The notes beneath the pieces were generated by a model. It had not been told where the DNA came from and ran no database searches. It worked only from the letters and a program-made list of their open reading frames with translations. Positions 27,324 through 36,724 of a stretch of 46,202 bases of DNA are shown here, piece after piece. Position numbers and translations under genes: made by a program. Numbering within the stretch: position 1 is the stretch's first letter; every line of letters begins with the position of its first letter. Source of the DNA: Armatimonadia bacterium (lineage in GTDB: Bacteria; Armatimonadota; Zipacnadia; Zipacnadales; UBA11051); the NCBI GenBank assembly GCA_039683575.1, contig JBDKRC010000181.1, positions 1 to 46,202 on the forward strand, read 5' to 3'.

Positions 27324-28409
27324 ATGCGCCTCATTGACCGTTATATCACCAAGGAATTCTTCGGCCCATTTCTGTTTGGAGTGGGCGCCTTTGTCGTCAT
27401 CCTCGTTGGCATTGTCCTGTCGCCCCAGATGCTTCGACTGCTGGTCCGGGACCAGTATCCGGCGGACATTGTCTTTCGTATCACCCTCTACCGCTTGCCG
27501 GCGCTTCTCGTGCTGACCTTCCCGATGGCCACGATCTTCGGCAGCCTGATGGCCCTGGCCAACCTCTCCAGCCATGGTGAGGTTATCGCGATGCGCGCGG
27601 GGAGTGTGAGCCTGGGGCGGATTGCGGTGCCGGTGCTTTGTCTTGGGCTGGTGATCTCGCTGAGCAACCTGGCGATCAACGAGGTCCTGGTGCCGTGGAG
27701 TAACGACGCCGCATACGAGCTCACGATGGACTACTCCAAGAAGGCGCGGGCGATTGAGCATTTGACGTTCCAGCTTCCGTCTGAGGGGCAACCGGAGCGC
27801 CTGGTATATGCCAAGAAGTTCGACCCGCAGCGCAAGCTGCTTGAAGGCCTGATGATCATCGAGATGCGGGATGGTAACCCGTGGGAGGTTCTGAAGGCAG
27901 AGAGCGCGGAGTGGGAAGGGGAGATGTGGCATCTGCGGAATGTCGAGCACCGGCAGTCAAGCACGGATGGTTCTCAGCGTCTGGAGCGGATCGCGTTGAT
28001 GACGTATGACGTGGGCAAGTCGCCGGACGAGATTGCGAAGCGGGAGAAGGACCCGAGCGACATGAGCCTGGCCGAGCTACACGCCGAGGTTGACAAGCGG
28101 CGGATGGAAGGGGCGCGCGAGCTCGAGGTGCTCAAGGTCCTGCAGGCGATCCAGATGCACTGGGCGCTGCCCTGGGCTTCACTTGGGTTTGCGTTCATCG
28201 GGGTGCCGCTGGGCCTGCGCCCGGCGCGGGCGACGACGGGGATCGGGCTGGGACTGTCGCTGGTCATCGTGTTTGCCTACTATATCATCTTCAATACCCT
28301 GAGCCTGGTCGGCCAACAGGGGACGCTGCCGCCCTGGGTGGTAGCGTGGCTGCCCAACGGGATACTCTTCGGGGCGGGTCTGGGGCTGTTTCTGAGCGCC
28401 GAGCGTTAG
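27324..28409 (+). CDS. LptF/LptG family permease (start ATG 27324)
   Basis: MRLIDRYITKEF, LSSHGEVIAMRAGSVS, NEVLVP, MSLAEL, AWLPN. Confidence 0.93.
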   Translation: MRLIDRYITKEFFGPFLFGVGAFVVILVGIVLSPQMLRLLVRDQYPADIVFRITLYRLPALLVLTFPMATIFGSLMALANLSSHGEVIAMRAGSVSLGRIAVPVLCLGLVISLSNLAINEVLVPWSNDAAYELTMDYSKKARAIEHLTFQLPSEGQPERLVYAKKFDPQRKLLEGLMIIEMRDGNPWEVLKAESAEWEGEMWHLRNVEHRQSSTDGSQRLERIALMTYDVGKSPDEIAKREKDPSDMSLAELHAEVDKRRMEGARELEVLKVLQAIQMHWALPWASLGFAFIGVPLGLRPARATTGIGLGLSLVIVFAYYIIFNTLSLVGQQGTLPPWVVAWLPNGILFGAGLGLFLSAER

Positions 28410-28491
28410 CGGATCGCTCGTACCGGCGTGCAGGTTGCCGGGCTTCTCCTGACGAACAAATAGCTGCGTTTGGCGCGCCACCAACCACATA

Positions 28492-29904
28492 ATGTCCACC
28501 TTCGCTTTCTTCGCTTTCGTCATTCTCCCAATACTCGGCGGCCTGATTGCCTGGGCCGGTGACGTGATTGGCTACCGGCTCGGCAAGAGCCGGCGCAGCC
28601 TGCTGGGCCTGCGCCCGCGGAACACCGCGCGGCTGGTGGGTGTGAGCGTGGGTGTGCTGCTGCCGCTGGTGGGGCTCCTGACGGCACTGGCGGGGAGCCA
28701 GGAAGCTCGGGATGCGGTGTTTCGGATTGGTGAGTTGCGGCGGCAGGAAGCGACGCTCACGGCGGCCAACAAGCAGTTGAAGGCGCAGATCGCTCAGGCG
28801 GAAGCGGACGCAAAGGCGAGCGAGGGCAAGTCAGAGGAACTGCGGCGTCATCTCCTGCTGACCCGAGACAAGCTGGGGCAGACGCAGGAGCAGGTGGCAG
28901 ACAGTGCGGCCCGGCTGGATACGGCCCAGCGGGATGTGCAGAAGGCGCGGCTCGATGCCGGGGGCTTGCGCACGGCCGCTGAGAAGCTGCGGCAGGTCAA
29001 GGACAGGTTGCTCGCTCAGATTGCGCCACTGCGAGAGAGTCTGCGGCAGTTGCAGGAGAGCCTGTCGCAGGCCACCCAGAGGCTGACTGAGACAACGAAT
29101 GAGCTTACGCTCAAGGGCGCCAAGCTGGATGAGACGAATGCGCGCCTGGACCGGACCCAGCGGGCTCTCGGCGCTCTCACTGAGAAGTACTTGCTCGAGA
29201 TACGCAGCCCGGTAGTGTTTGAGTCCGGGCATGAGCTGGTCTGGGCGATTGTGGATGTGCCTGACGACCAGGCGCAGGTGGAGCATGCCCTGCGGGGACT
29301 ACTGGTCGTGGCCAGTGAAGCGGCAGAGCACCAGGGGGCGGAGGTAGGGCCGAACAAGCTGGCGGTGCGTCTGGCGCGGCCATGGCCGCCGGATGCCGCT
29401 ATCGAGGGTGAGTTGCCCAGCGAGAGCCAGATCATCACCTACTATGCCTCCGAGTTGCGCAAGCAGCAGGATAAGCGTGTGGTCGTAGGGGTGCGGGTGT
29501 CGCGGCGTATGTACCAGGCGGAACATGCGCAGGCCCAGGTGGAGTTCTGGAGCAAGCCATATGTGAAAGTGTTCGCGGAGGGCGACGTCGTCTACGCCGC
29601 CAGGATAGACGGCAGTGGGACGCGCGCCGAGATATACACGCAGCTTTATAACCTGCTGGACAAGCTCGTGCGCCGCGAGGCCCAGGAGCGAGGGCTGCTG
29701 CCCGACCCGAAGTCCCAAAAGCACGGCTCTTTGTCAGCGGAGCAACTGATCGAGGCGCTCGACACGATAGCCGAGCACAAGGTGCCTGTGCTGGTGCGCG
29801 CGGTGGCTGCGAAGGATACGTACACGACAGACGAACTCGTGATCAAGCTCGAGGTCAAGAGTGCCGAACGACCCGCAGGCGCAGAAGGTAGTACTGGCAG
29901 TTGA
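28492..29904 (+). CDS. DUF3084 domain coiled-coil membrane protein
   Basis: GGLIAWAGDVIGYRLGKSRRSLLGLRPRNTA N-terminus followed by a long coiled coil. Confidence 0.88.
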   Translation: MSTFAFFAFVILPILGGLIAWAGDVIGYRLGKSRRSLLGLRPRNTARLVGVSVGVLLPLVGLLTALAGSQEARDAVFRIGELRRQEATLTAANKQLKAQIAQAEADAKASEGKSEELRRHLLLTRDKLGQTQEQVADSAARLDTAQRDVQKARLDAGGLRTAAEKLRQVKDRLLAQIAPLRESLRQLQESLSQATQRLTETTNELTLKGAKLDETNARLDRTQRALGALTEKYLLEIRSPVVFESGHELVWAIVDVPDDQAQVEHALRGLLVVASEAAEHQGAEVGPNKLAVRLARPWPPDAAIEGELPSESQIITYYASELRKQQDKRVVVGVRVSRRMYQAEHAQAQVEFWSKPYVKVFAEGDVVYAARIDGSGTRAEIYTQLYNLLDKLVRREAQERGLLPDPKSQKHGSLSAEQLIEALDTIAEHKVPVLVRAVAAKDTYTTDELVIKLEVKSAERPAGAEGSTGS

Positions 29905-30283
29905 CCCGGGCCGTGACAAGTGCGGCCTGGCGGTCGTCTTACCCCACGGCATCATGTTCCGTGCCGTCATTCCCACCTCTGAAGTCGGGCTTACGTGCAG
30001 GTACCTCCTGGCCCAGCACGCCGGGGCGCAGGTGATCGTCGGCGGCGCCACCTGCAGCCGGCAAGTGGTCGCGGCGATCGTGCATGACAATGAGGTAGGG
30101 GAGCCGGTGGTGGTGGCCGAGGAGAACTCGACCCTGGAGGCGCGGCGGCGGTACTTCGAGGATAACCCGCCGAAGTGGTGGCAGCGGCTTGTTCCTCAAG
30201 GGATGCGAGTGCCGCCGAGGGCGGTGGATGACTATGCGGCGGTGGTGTTGGCGGAGCGGTACCTGGCGGGCGAGCAGGTCTAG
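29861..30283 (+). CDS. YqgF/RNase H-fold nuclease (short type found next to DUF3084)
   Basis: LAVDPGRDKCGLAV, EENSTLEARRRYF, VPPRAVDDYAAVVLAERY. Confidence 0.85.
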   Translation: MPNDPQAQKVVLAVDPGRDKCGLAVVLPHGIMFRAVIPTSEVGLTCRYLLAQHAGAQVIVGGATCSRQVVAAIVHDNEVGEPVVVAEENSTLEARRRYFEDNPPKWWQRLVPQGMRVPPRAVDDYAAVVLAERYLAGEQV

Positions 30284-30302
30284 CAATACAGCCGGAGCAA
30301 GT

Positions 30303-30337
30303 AAGGGCGCGATCCGTAAATGGTCGCGCCCTTTTTT
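30303..30337 (+). terminator. Rho-independent terminator of the lpt operon
   Basis: AAGGGCGCGATC...GGTCGCGCCCTTTTTT. Confidence 0.82.
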
Positions 30338-30355
30338 GTGCGCGGTGGCCGGGGG

Positions 30356-31603
30356 CTACTCAACCAACATGAGCGCCGACCCCGACGAGGCTCGCGCCGG
30401 GATGCCATCCAACTGGAAGTTGTTGCAGCTAATGCTGATGCGGCGGGCGACCCACCAGCCCCTGTGCACATTGTTTGAACTGCAGTTTATGTAGCCAAGG
30501 GGGGCGTAGATGTCGCCCTGAACGGAAATGTTGTTCATGTTGATGTTGATGGTGCTGCCGGCTCCGGTCAAGTAGAAGCACATGTACTTCTCGTGGTAGC
30601 CCAGATAGAGGTTGTTGGTGTTGATGGTGACGTGGCCGCCCACAATGAAGGTGCAGTCCCGGAGGTCAGTGTTATTCGCGTTGATGGTCAGATTGCCTTC
30701 TACGCGGGTGGTGCCAGCGGGATGCTGGTAGTTGTTTCGGTTGATCGTGAGACTGGCGTATGTCTGGTCCACGTCGAAGTCGCTGGCCCACTCGGCCGGA
30801 TCGTAGGTGATTGGCGGGACCAGGTCAGTCTGGGGTGTCTTGACGATTGACGCGATGTCGGCGTGATTGCAGCTAATGTCATAGGTTGTGCCATATTCGA
30901 GGCGGAAACCACCGCGGATCTGGTTTGCGCTGATCTTGTTGCGCCACTTGGCATGCAGCACGTTGCCGATGTCAACGATATTGAGGCTCATGTTGATGTC
31001 TGAGTTCGCGGCTACGGTACCAGTGACTTTGAAAGTGTTGCAACTGAGGGCGAAGCCCTGATCCAAGGCGAACAGAGCGCCTTCGCCGAGTCCCCAGCCG
31101 TTGCCAGCGCCTCCGGTGCGCAGGGCTACGGCGCTGACTACCATCGTCCGAGATGGCATCCCCAGAGCACTCGCGAAGGTGAGCGGCACAGTCGTCGTGG
31201 TCTGCACCTGCAGCAGGTCATCGGGATCCCAGCCCTTGGAGGTGGTGTACTCGTCGCTGTAGGGGGTGGTGATGACGACAGTATCGCCGTTGATGTTGTA
31301 AGTCCCACTGTTGCCGCTTGGCGCGTCGTCGCTGTGTGTGACATTCACAGCATAGTAGGCGGCAGCTTTGTCCTGGGCGGCAGCAACACTCGGCAGAGCG
31401 GACGAGCCAGCCAGGGCAGCCGCGTCGCAGACGCCCTGCAAGTGGCTTCTCGTCATGAAGAACGAGCCGATATCGATAGTCAAGGCGGCAGAGCCGAGCA
31501 GTGTGAGCAGCGCGATGGCTACGATGGGGATGATGGTTCCGGCGCGACGTTTGCGCGTGAGGCGCAACGTGCGGACCTGGCTCTTGTTTGTGGTGGCAAT
31601 CAT
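30356..31603 (-). CDS. TadG-like Flp pseudopilin N-terminus fused to an Asn-rich beta-solenoid
   Basis: RRAG-TIIPIVAIALL...IDIG...LQGVCDAAALAG (Tad N-terminus), VPLTFASALG, then repeated IxIxxNN motifs. Confidence 0.75.
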   Translation of the reverse strand: MIATTNKSQVRTLRLTRKRRAGTIIPIVAIALLTLLGSAALTIDIGSFFMTRSHLQGVCDAAALAGSSALPSVAAAQDKAAAYYAVNVTHSDDAPSGNSGTYNINGDTVVITTPYSDEYTTSKGWDPDDLLQVQTTTTVPLTFASALGMPSRTMVVSAVALRTGGAGNGWGLGEGALFALDQGFALSCNTFKVTGTVAANSDINMSLNIVDIGNVLHAKWRNKISANQIRGGFRLEYGTTYDISCNHADIASIVKTPQTDLVPPITYDPAEWASDFDVDQTYASLTINRNNYQHPAGTTRVEGNLTINANNTDLRDCTFIVGGHVTINTNNLYLGYHEKYMCFYLTGAGSTININMNNISVQGDIYAPLGYINCSSNNVHRGWWVARRISISCNNFQLDGIPARASSGSALMLVE

Positions 31604-31851
31604 CTGCGATCACTCGCTTGTGGATTCAGGTGCTGCAATGCGCGGTGCGGCACGATCCTATTGAGGCATGCATAGTATGCACTTTGCGCAGTCGTGAGGA
31701 GGGCAAACCAAACTCAAGATATGGTCAAATTGCCGCAGTGCGCATTTCCGAGGGGTGTTTGCACGAATGCTGCCACGCTCTTGAATGGTTGTTGAGCCTA
31801 GCTGCATAGACTCCTAGCCAGGGGGCTTCATCGCAGCAAGGAGAGCCTGCC

Positions 31852-33612
31852 ATGACCGTTGCATTTCCGCCTGGTTGGGCCCGGAGATCTGTGCTCTGGA
31901 TAGCGGCCGTAGTTACTGTGTTTGGACTTGTTTGCATCCCAGCCGCTGTGCTGGCGGACACCTATGCTCTGGACGACGGCGTCATAGACGGGTCGTTTTC
32001 GCAGACCGGGGCATACTACGCAAACCGGTTCGTGCTCACGTCGACGCAGAATCAGTTGCTGCGCGCCATTCTGATCAAGAAGCCTGAGGCCGATGGGTAC
32101 GTACCCGGCACCGCAGATGTGTACCTTTGGGACGATGATGGTGAAGGAGGGCTCCCCGGGACGGTGCTGGGCTCTGTAACGGGGGTTGCTGTTCCTCAGG
32201 GCAATGACTGGGTCGAAGTGAGTTTCACCGACCAGAGCATCAGCCTGCAGCCCAACAGCGTTGTCTACGCCGGCTTCATGTGCAACGGCAATAAGGCGCT
32301 GTATGACGCAGGTGGCGGTGCCGGCAGTTTCCGGAGGATCGATCCCGGCGGCTGGGCGCAGTTCGGCTGGGGCGACCTGATGGTGCGGATGACCACCACT
32401 GTTCTGGCGCCGAGCTCACCGACCATTGTGAAGATATCTCCCTTCAACCCCACACTGGGCGATACGCTCACCGCCAACGTCTCCGGTAGCCTTGCTCCCG
32501 ACGGCGCCCCACCGGAGTCGATAATAGAATACGAGTACCAATGGCGCTCCCGAACCGACAACACCATGGACTGGGGGCCCTGGGTCGACGGAGGGCAGAC
32601 AGTTCCGCCGGGCGACCTGAGCGTGAAGGCGGAGTGGCAACTACAGGCCCGCGGAGGCCTGAACGGGTACTTCAGCCCCTGGACGATGTCCGACCCGGTG
32701 GTCATTTTGGGGCTCACCAAGTCGACGACGCCTGCCGATGGCTCCATGGATGTCAACCGGATGGGATCAATCGTGGTGGACTTCCGGTGGGCCATGGTCG
32801 AATCGTGCGTGTATGACAAGTTCACTGTGAGCACTGCGGAGGGGACGCCGGTGACCGGTATCAAGACGTGGACAAGCCGTCGCCGGACCCTGGTTTTCCA
32901 GCCGGTTGAGCCGCTGGCGCCCAGTACGACGTACGTGTGCACCATCGGCGCCGGGTCTCAGCGCGTGACGGGAGGGGCCATCACCGAGCCGGTCTGCTTC
33001 AGTTTCACCACAGATGACCACATGGCAGTTACGGGGGCGCTTCCGACCGGCACCAGCGTGTTGCCTGACTCCAACATTGAGGTGACTTGCGACCGCCCCG
33101 TAAGGGAAGGGACTGTCACCATCAAGAGCTTCAGGATCACACCGAGTGTCAGCGGAACGAGGACGGTGACTGATAACCGCATCATCTTTGATCCCTCGTC
33201 GCCACTGCAGGCCAGGACCACTTACTATGTGGCGGTCGGAGCGACGGTGCGCGGTACCGATGGACAGTCGCTGGGCGTGACATACCAGTGGAGCTTCCGC
33301 ACGGCGGCAGCGCCTGCCGCGGCGCCGGCACTGCAGATCACGGCAATCGCGGCGCCGGGTGAGGGGCAAACGACGCCGATCACTGTCAACCTGAGCGCGG
33401 CCGCCGAGGTGACGGCTGAAGTGAGCAACATCAGCGGCCGGCTGGTGGCGACGCTGCCGGCGCGGAGTCTGCCCAGCGGCGTGAGCACCCTGCTGTGGAA
33501 CGGCAAGTCGAACCTGGGGACGGCGGTTCCGAGCGGAGATTACCTGTTGCGAGTGAAGGCGCGAGCGGAGGATGGCAGCAGCGGCAGCGCGCTGGCGCGG
33601 TTCAGCCGGTAG
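31852..33612 (+). CDS. Secreted protein with two Big_5-type Ig domains and a C-terminal FlgD-like Ig domain
   Basis: Signal peptide; TTPADG...FQP.EPLAPSTTY...FSFTT; LP.G...FDPSSPLQ..TTY...WSFRT; GRLVATL...WNGKSNLG..VPSGDY. AAGGAG RBS. Confidence 0.8.
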   Translation: MTVAFPPGWARRSVLWIAAVVTVFGLVCIPAAVLADTYALDDGVIDGSFSQTGAYYANRFVLTSTQNQLLRAILIKKPEADGYVPGTADVYLWDDDGEGGLPGTVLGSVTGVAVPQGNDWVEVSFTDQSISLQPNSVVYAGFMCNGNKALYDAGGGAGSFRRIDPGGWAQFGWGDLMVRMTTTVLAPSSPTIVKISPFNPTLGDTLTANVSGSLAPDGAPPESIIEYEYQWRSRTDNTMDWGPWVDGGQTVPPGDLSVKAEWQLQARGGLNGYFSPWTMSDPVVILGLTKSTTPADGSMDVNRMGSIVVDFRWAMVESCVYDKFTVSTAEGTPVTGIKTWTSRRRTLVFQPVEPLAPSTTYVCTIGAGSQRVTGGAITEPVCFSFTTDDHMAVTGALPTGTSVLPDSNIEVTCDRPVREGTVTIKSFRITPSVSGTRTVTDNRIIFDPSSPLQARTTYYVAVGATVRGTDGQSLGVTYQWSFRTAAAPAAAPALQITAIAAPGEGQTTPITVNLSAAAEVTAEVSNISGRLVATLPARSLPSGVSTLLWNGKSNLGTAVPSGDYLLRVKARAEDGSSGSALARFSR

Positions 33613-33632
33613 AAAGAGGACTGACATGAGCA

Positions 33633-33680
33633 GCGGGGAGCGGCGGCCACTTGAGTGGCACTCGCTCCCCGTTTTCGTTT
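33633..33680 (+). terminator. Probable terminator hairpin between convergent genes
   Basis: GCGGGGAGCG..GCCAC-TTGA-GTGGC..CGCTCCCCGT followed by TTTCGTTT. Confidence 0.65.
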
Positions 33681-33696
33681 CTGACGGCTGGAGGGG

Positions 33697-34839
33697 TTAG
33701 CGGTGCTCCCGCAGGGTGTTGAGCATCACTTCGATGTTCTCGGGCGGAGTGCCGACGACTATCTGGTTTGAGCAGCCGACCACAATGCTCGTGTGGGCCT
33801 GGGCGGCCTCCAGGGCGGTGAGGGTCTCAACGCGTACTTCCTCCACACTGCCCCTGTGAAGCGTAGCTGAGTTGATGCCCCCCCAGAGCGTGAGGTGGGG
33901 GAAGGTCTGTCGCACTCGGACGAGGTCCATGCCCGCCTGGCGGTCGAGTTCGTAGAAGAAGTCCACGCCAGAGGTGCCAAAGAGGTCGTCGGCTATGGGC
34001 CAGAGGTTGCCATCGCTGGCGAAGCCGTGATAGCAGCCCTGGGAATGGCACATCTCGGAGATGACCTGCAGGCGGGGGGCCATCAGGTCGTGGAAGACGC
34101 GGGGCGAGTAGATGGGGCCCAGGGGGCCGGCGAAGTCGCCACCGCCGCAGAGGTACGTCAGGCCGATCTGCTTCATGACCGCGATGGTCTTCGGGTGGTT
34201 GCGGATGCTCTGGTCGAGGTAGCGGGCGACGAGGTCAGGGCGCAGAATCGTGGCCTCGAGCCAGATGGGCTCGCGAGGGATGCACAGGCCCACGCCGAAG
34301 CCAGGGATGGCGCGCTTGCCACCAAAGCGCTCAACGGCGGCGACGAGGTCGGGCCAGGCGTCGGGAGTGGGGGCGTAGGTGTCCTCGCGGGCCTCACTGG
34401 CGGCGACGCTGCGCTCCAAGTCATCCAATGTGGGTTCGGGCATGGGACTGCGGTCGGCGACCTGGTACAACTCCGTCTTGGGGTTGAACTGCATGACCCG
34501 CCAGCTGCCGTTCTCGCTGCCGTAGAAGAAGGTGTTCTCGTCAATCCGACGGGTGGGCTTCTCGTTCATGCGCCAGTACATGGGGCGGATGAGGTCGAGG
34601 TCCAGGACGTCGGCGATCTCAAAGGCATCCTCGCGGCTGCGCTGGAGGTACTCGGTGTGGCTATCGGGGCCTTCCCAGAGGGCGCGGGCCTCGCGGTATT
34701 GCTGAATGCCGCCGCCGACGTAGGCTTCGCGGCCTAGAACGATGGACCCGGCGTAGGAGGAAAAGCCAGCCTGGTAGATGGGAACCTTGTCGCTGGGGCG
34801 ATGCTCGAAGGCGGCCTGAACGCGTTCAAAGGGTTGCAT
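33697..34839 (-). CDS. Uroporphyrinogen decarboxylase (URO-D/CIMS-like) family protein; start moved to ATG 34839
   Basis: ERVQAAFEHRPSDKVP, GDFAG..GPIYSP..F, SDGNL, LWGGI, GSVEEV, GTPPENI. Confidence 0.85.
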   Translation of the reverse strand: MQPFERVQAAFEHRPSDKVPIYQAGFSSYAGSIVLGREAYVGGGIQQYREARALWEGPDSHTEYLQRSREDAFEIADVLDLDLIRPMYWRMNEKPTRRIDENTFFYGSENGSWRVMQFNPKTELYQVADRSPMPEPTLDDLERSVAASEAREDTYAPTPDAWPDLVAAVERFGGKRAIPGFGVGLCIPREPIWLEATILRPDLVARYLDQSIRNHPKTIAVMKQIGLTYLCGGGDFAGPLGPIYSPRVFHDLMAPRLQVISEMCHSQGCYHGFASDGNLWPIADDLFGTSGVDFFYELDRQAGMDLVRVRQTFPHLTLWGGINSATLHRGSVEEVRVETLTALEAAQAHTSIVVGCSNQIVVGTPPENIEVMLNTLREHR

Positions 34840-34923
34840 AGATACCTCTCGATACGACGTGAGGAGGGTTTCCCCGCTCAGGCGCGAAAAACCTGCCTTC
34901 AAGCATATGCAGAGGAGTAATCA

Positions 34924-35679
34924 ATGGACTTCACAACTTCACCATGGCCTGAGGGGTGCCGGGCTGCACTTTCACTCACATTCGATGACGGTCACAGTTC
35001 GCAACTTGAGCGTGCCTTCCCGATCATGCAGGAGCGCGGGCTGCGCGGTACGTTCTACGTATTGCCGCGTGGGGACAAGTGGCGGGAGGCCCTGGAGGAG
35101 TGGCGTCCCGTCTACGAGGCGGGCAACGAGATAGGCAACCATTCGCTCAGCCACACGTGCTCGCGGGGGTTTTCTGACAATCCGCAGGCGCGAGGGCTGG
35201 AGGGGTTGACGCTGCAGGATGTGGAGGAAGACGTGATGGAGGCGGAGCGGCGGCTGACGGAGGTCTTCCCAACCGAGGACCGCTCGTACTGCTATCCGTG
35301 CTATCAGAATCACGTGGGGGAAGGCGAGACCAGGCAGAGCTATACGCCAATCATCGCGCGGCACTTTGCGGCAGGGCGAGGGTTGGGGGAGTGGCCGAAT
35401 CATCCGGCGACATGCGACCTGCACTATGCGTGGTCGTGGGCGCTACGTGGCAATTCCGCGACGGAACTGATTGGGATGGCGGAGCAGACGGCCAACCGGG
35501 GGAGGTGGGGGATCATGACCTTCCATGGCATCAGCCTGGGGCACCTGTCGGTGGCCGAGTGCGACTTCACGGAGCTGTGCAACCACCTGGCGCACGCGAA
35601 GCATATCTGGGTGGCCCCGGTGCGTGACGTGGCGGTGGCGATACGGGAGTGGAGGGTGAGAGAGGGGATTGCGCGGTAA
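34924..35679 (+). CDS. Polysaccharide deacetylase (CE4) family protein
   Basis: SLTFDDG, RGTFYV, EIGNHSLSH, YCYP, MTFHG. Confidence 0.9.
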   Translation: MDFTTSPWPEGCRAALSLTFDDGHSSQLERAFPIMQERGLRGTFYVLPRGDKWREALEEWRPVYEAGNEIGNHSLSHTCSRGFSDNPQARGLEGLTLQDVEEDVMEAERRLTEVFPTEDRSYCYPCYQNHVGEGETRQSYTPIIARHFAAGRGLGEWPNHPATCDLHYAWSWALRGNSATELIGMAEQTANRGRWGIMTFHGISLGHLSVAECDFTELCNHLAHAKHIWVAPVRDVAVAIREWRVREGIAR

Positions 35680-35693
35680 AGTGTCGTAGAGAT

Positions 35694-35746
35694 GGTAGGA
35701 GCGCTCCCCACGCGGACGGAACGTCCGCGTGGGGAGCGCTCCTACC
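35694..35746. repeat. Family D-related perfect 25-bp hairpin (GGTAGGAGCGCTCCCCACGCGGACG-GAA-...) between convergent genes
   Basis: Arms at 35694-35718 and 35722-35746. Confidence 0.88.
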
Positions 35747-35760
35747 GGCGTTCCGGTAGG

Positions 35761-36543
35761 TTAGCGGCTGAGTATGTCTCGGACCATCCCCACGTTTTCC
35801 TCCACGATATTGTCCTTGTCCCCACGGTGCATCCCGACGTTGCAGACGTCGCCGGGCTTGATATGGTCAAAGCAGTACTCGAAGGCCATGAGCGGGTCGA
35901 TGCGGCCTGCACCCATGATCTTGTAGGCGACGCAGGGCTTTTCGATGCGCTGGATGCACTCGTAGGCGGCGGGCAGGTCGCAGAGTTGGAAGCGGTGGCC
36001 GGTGCCAGCGTGGAGACTGCCGCAGTTGAAGATGCAGACCACGTGGAAGTCCACGAGGTCGAGGCTATTGACCCAGTCATGCACCGCGGGGCAATGGCCG
36101 GCGACGCCCACCGGGAGGCCGATGGACTTGGCATGGGCAACCCACTCTTCCAGCGTCTTGGCGTCCTGCTCCTTGTAGAAGCCGTCCACGTAGCCGCCGT
36201 GGAAGTACACAGCGCTGGCACCGAAGGCCTTCGCCTCGTCGAGAGAGTCCATCATCGTGGGGTGCGAGCGCATCGCGAGTTGGCCGATCCACTGCATCGG
36301 GCCGCCCTCGGCGAGGTAGCGCCTGGTGGTCTCAATGACATGCTCGGTCTCGTTGTTGGTGACGAAGGTGTTGATGCCGGCGTCCCAGGCGCGCTGCCAG
36401 GTCTCGATGATGCGGTCCGGCGTATTCCAGGTCTTCATCTCGAGGTCGCGTTCGGCATTCTGGTGGCTGAAGCCGCCGAAGGGGTTGGCGCCGATGAGCA
36501 GGCGGGTGAGGTCTAGGCCGCAGAAATCAACGGTTGGCAGCAT
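35761..36543 (-). CDS. Conserved TIM-barrel protein, aldo/keto-reductase-like superfamily
   Basis: LTRLLIGANPFGGFSH, GVAGH, YKIMGAGR; GGAG RBS. Confidence 0.65.
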   Translation of the reverse strand: MLPTVDFCGLDLTRLLIGANPFGGFSHQNAERDLEMKTWNTPDRIIETWQRAWDAGINTFVTNNETEHVIETTRRYLAEGGPMQWIGQLAMRSHPTMMDSLDEAKAFGASAVYFHGGYVDGFYKEQDAKTLEEWVAHAKSIGLPVGVAGHCPAVHDWVNSLDLVDFHVVCIFNCGSLHAGTGHRFQLCDLPAAYECIQRIEKPCVAYKIMGAGRIDPLMAFEYCFDHIKPGDVCNVGMHRGDKDNIVEENVGMVRDILSR

Positions 36544-36617
36544 TGGAGGCTCCTTGAGACAAAGCTGTGGGGGTGATACCAGTTTGAGCGACGGGAGTCA
36601 AGGGCATTTCGTGCACT

Positions 36618-36691
36618 ATGGGGCGGGGGCTGGTACCCGCCTCCAAGGTGGTCATTGATAGCGTCCGGCGGGGTACGAGCCCCCGCCCTAC
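36618..36691. repeat. Family A REPIN (degenerate left arm, intact right arm), followed by CCTACAR-like heptamers
   Basis: ATGGGGCGGGGGCTGGTACCCGCC ... CGGCGGGGTACGAGCCCCCGCCCTAC. Confidence 0.82.
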
Positions 36692-36724
36692 AGGCTGCAG
36701 CCTACAACCTACAGCCGGAGCGGC

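Noticed and set aside
31699-31790. GGGCAAACC upstream of the secreted Ig protein as a c-di-GMP-I riboswitch
   Set aside because: The GAAA tetraloop, the GACGCAAAGC segment and the second stem of that riboswitch are absent.
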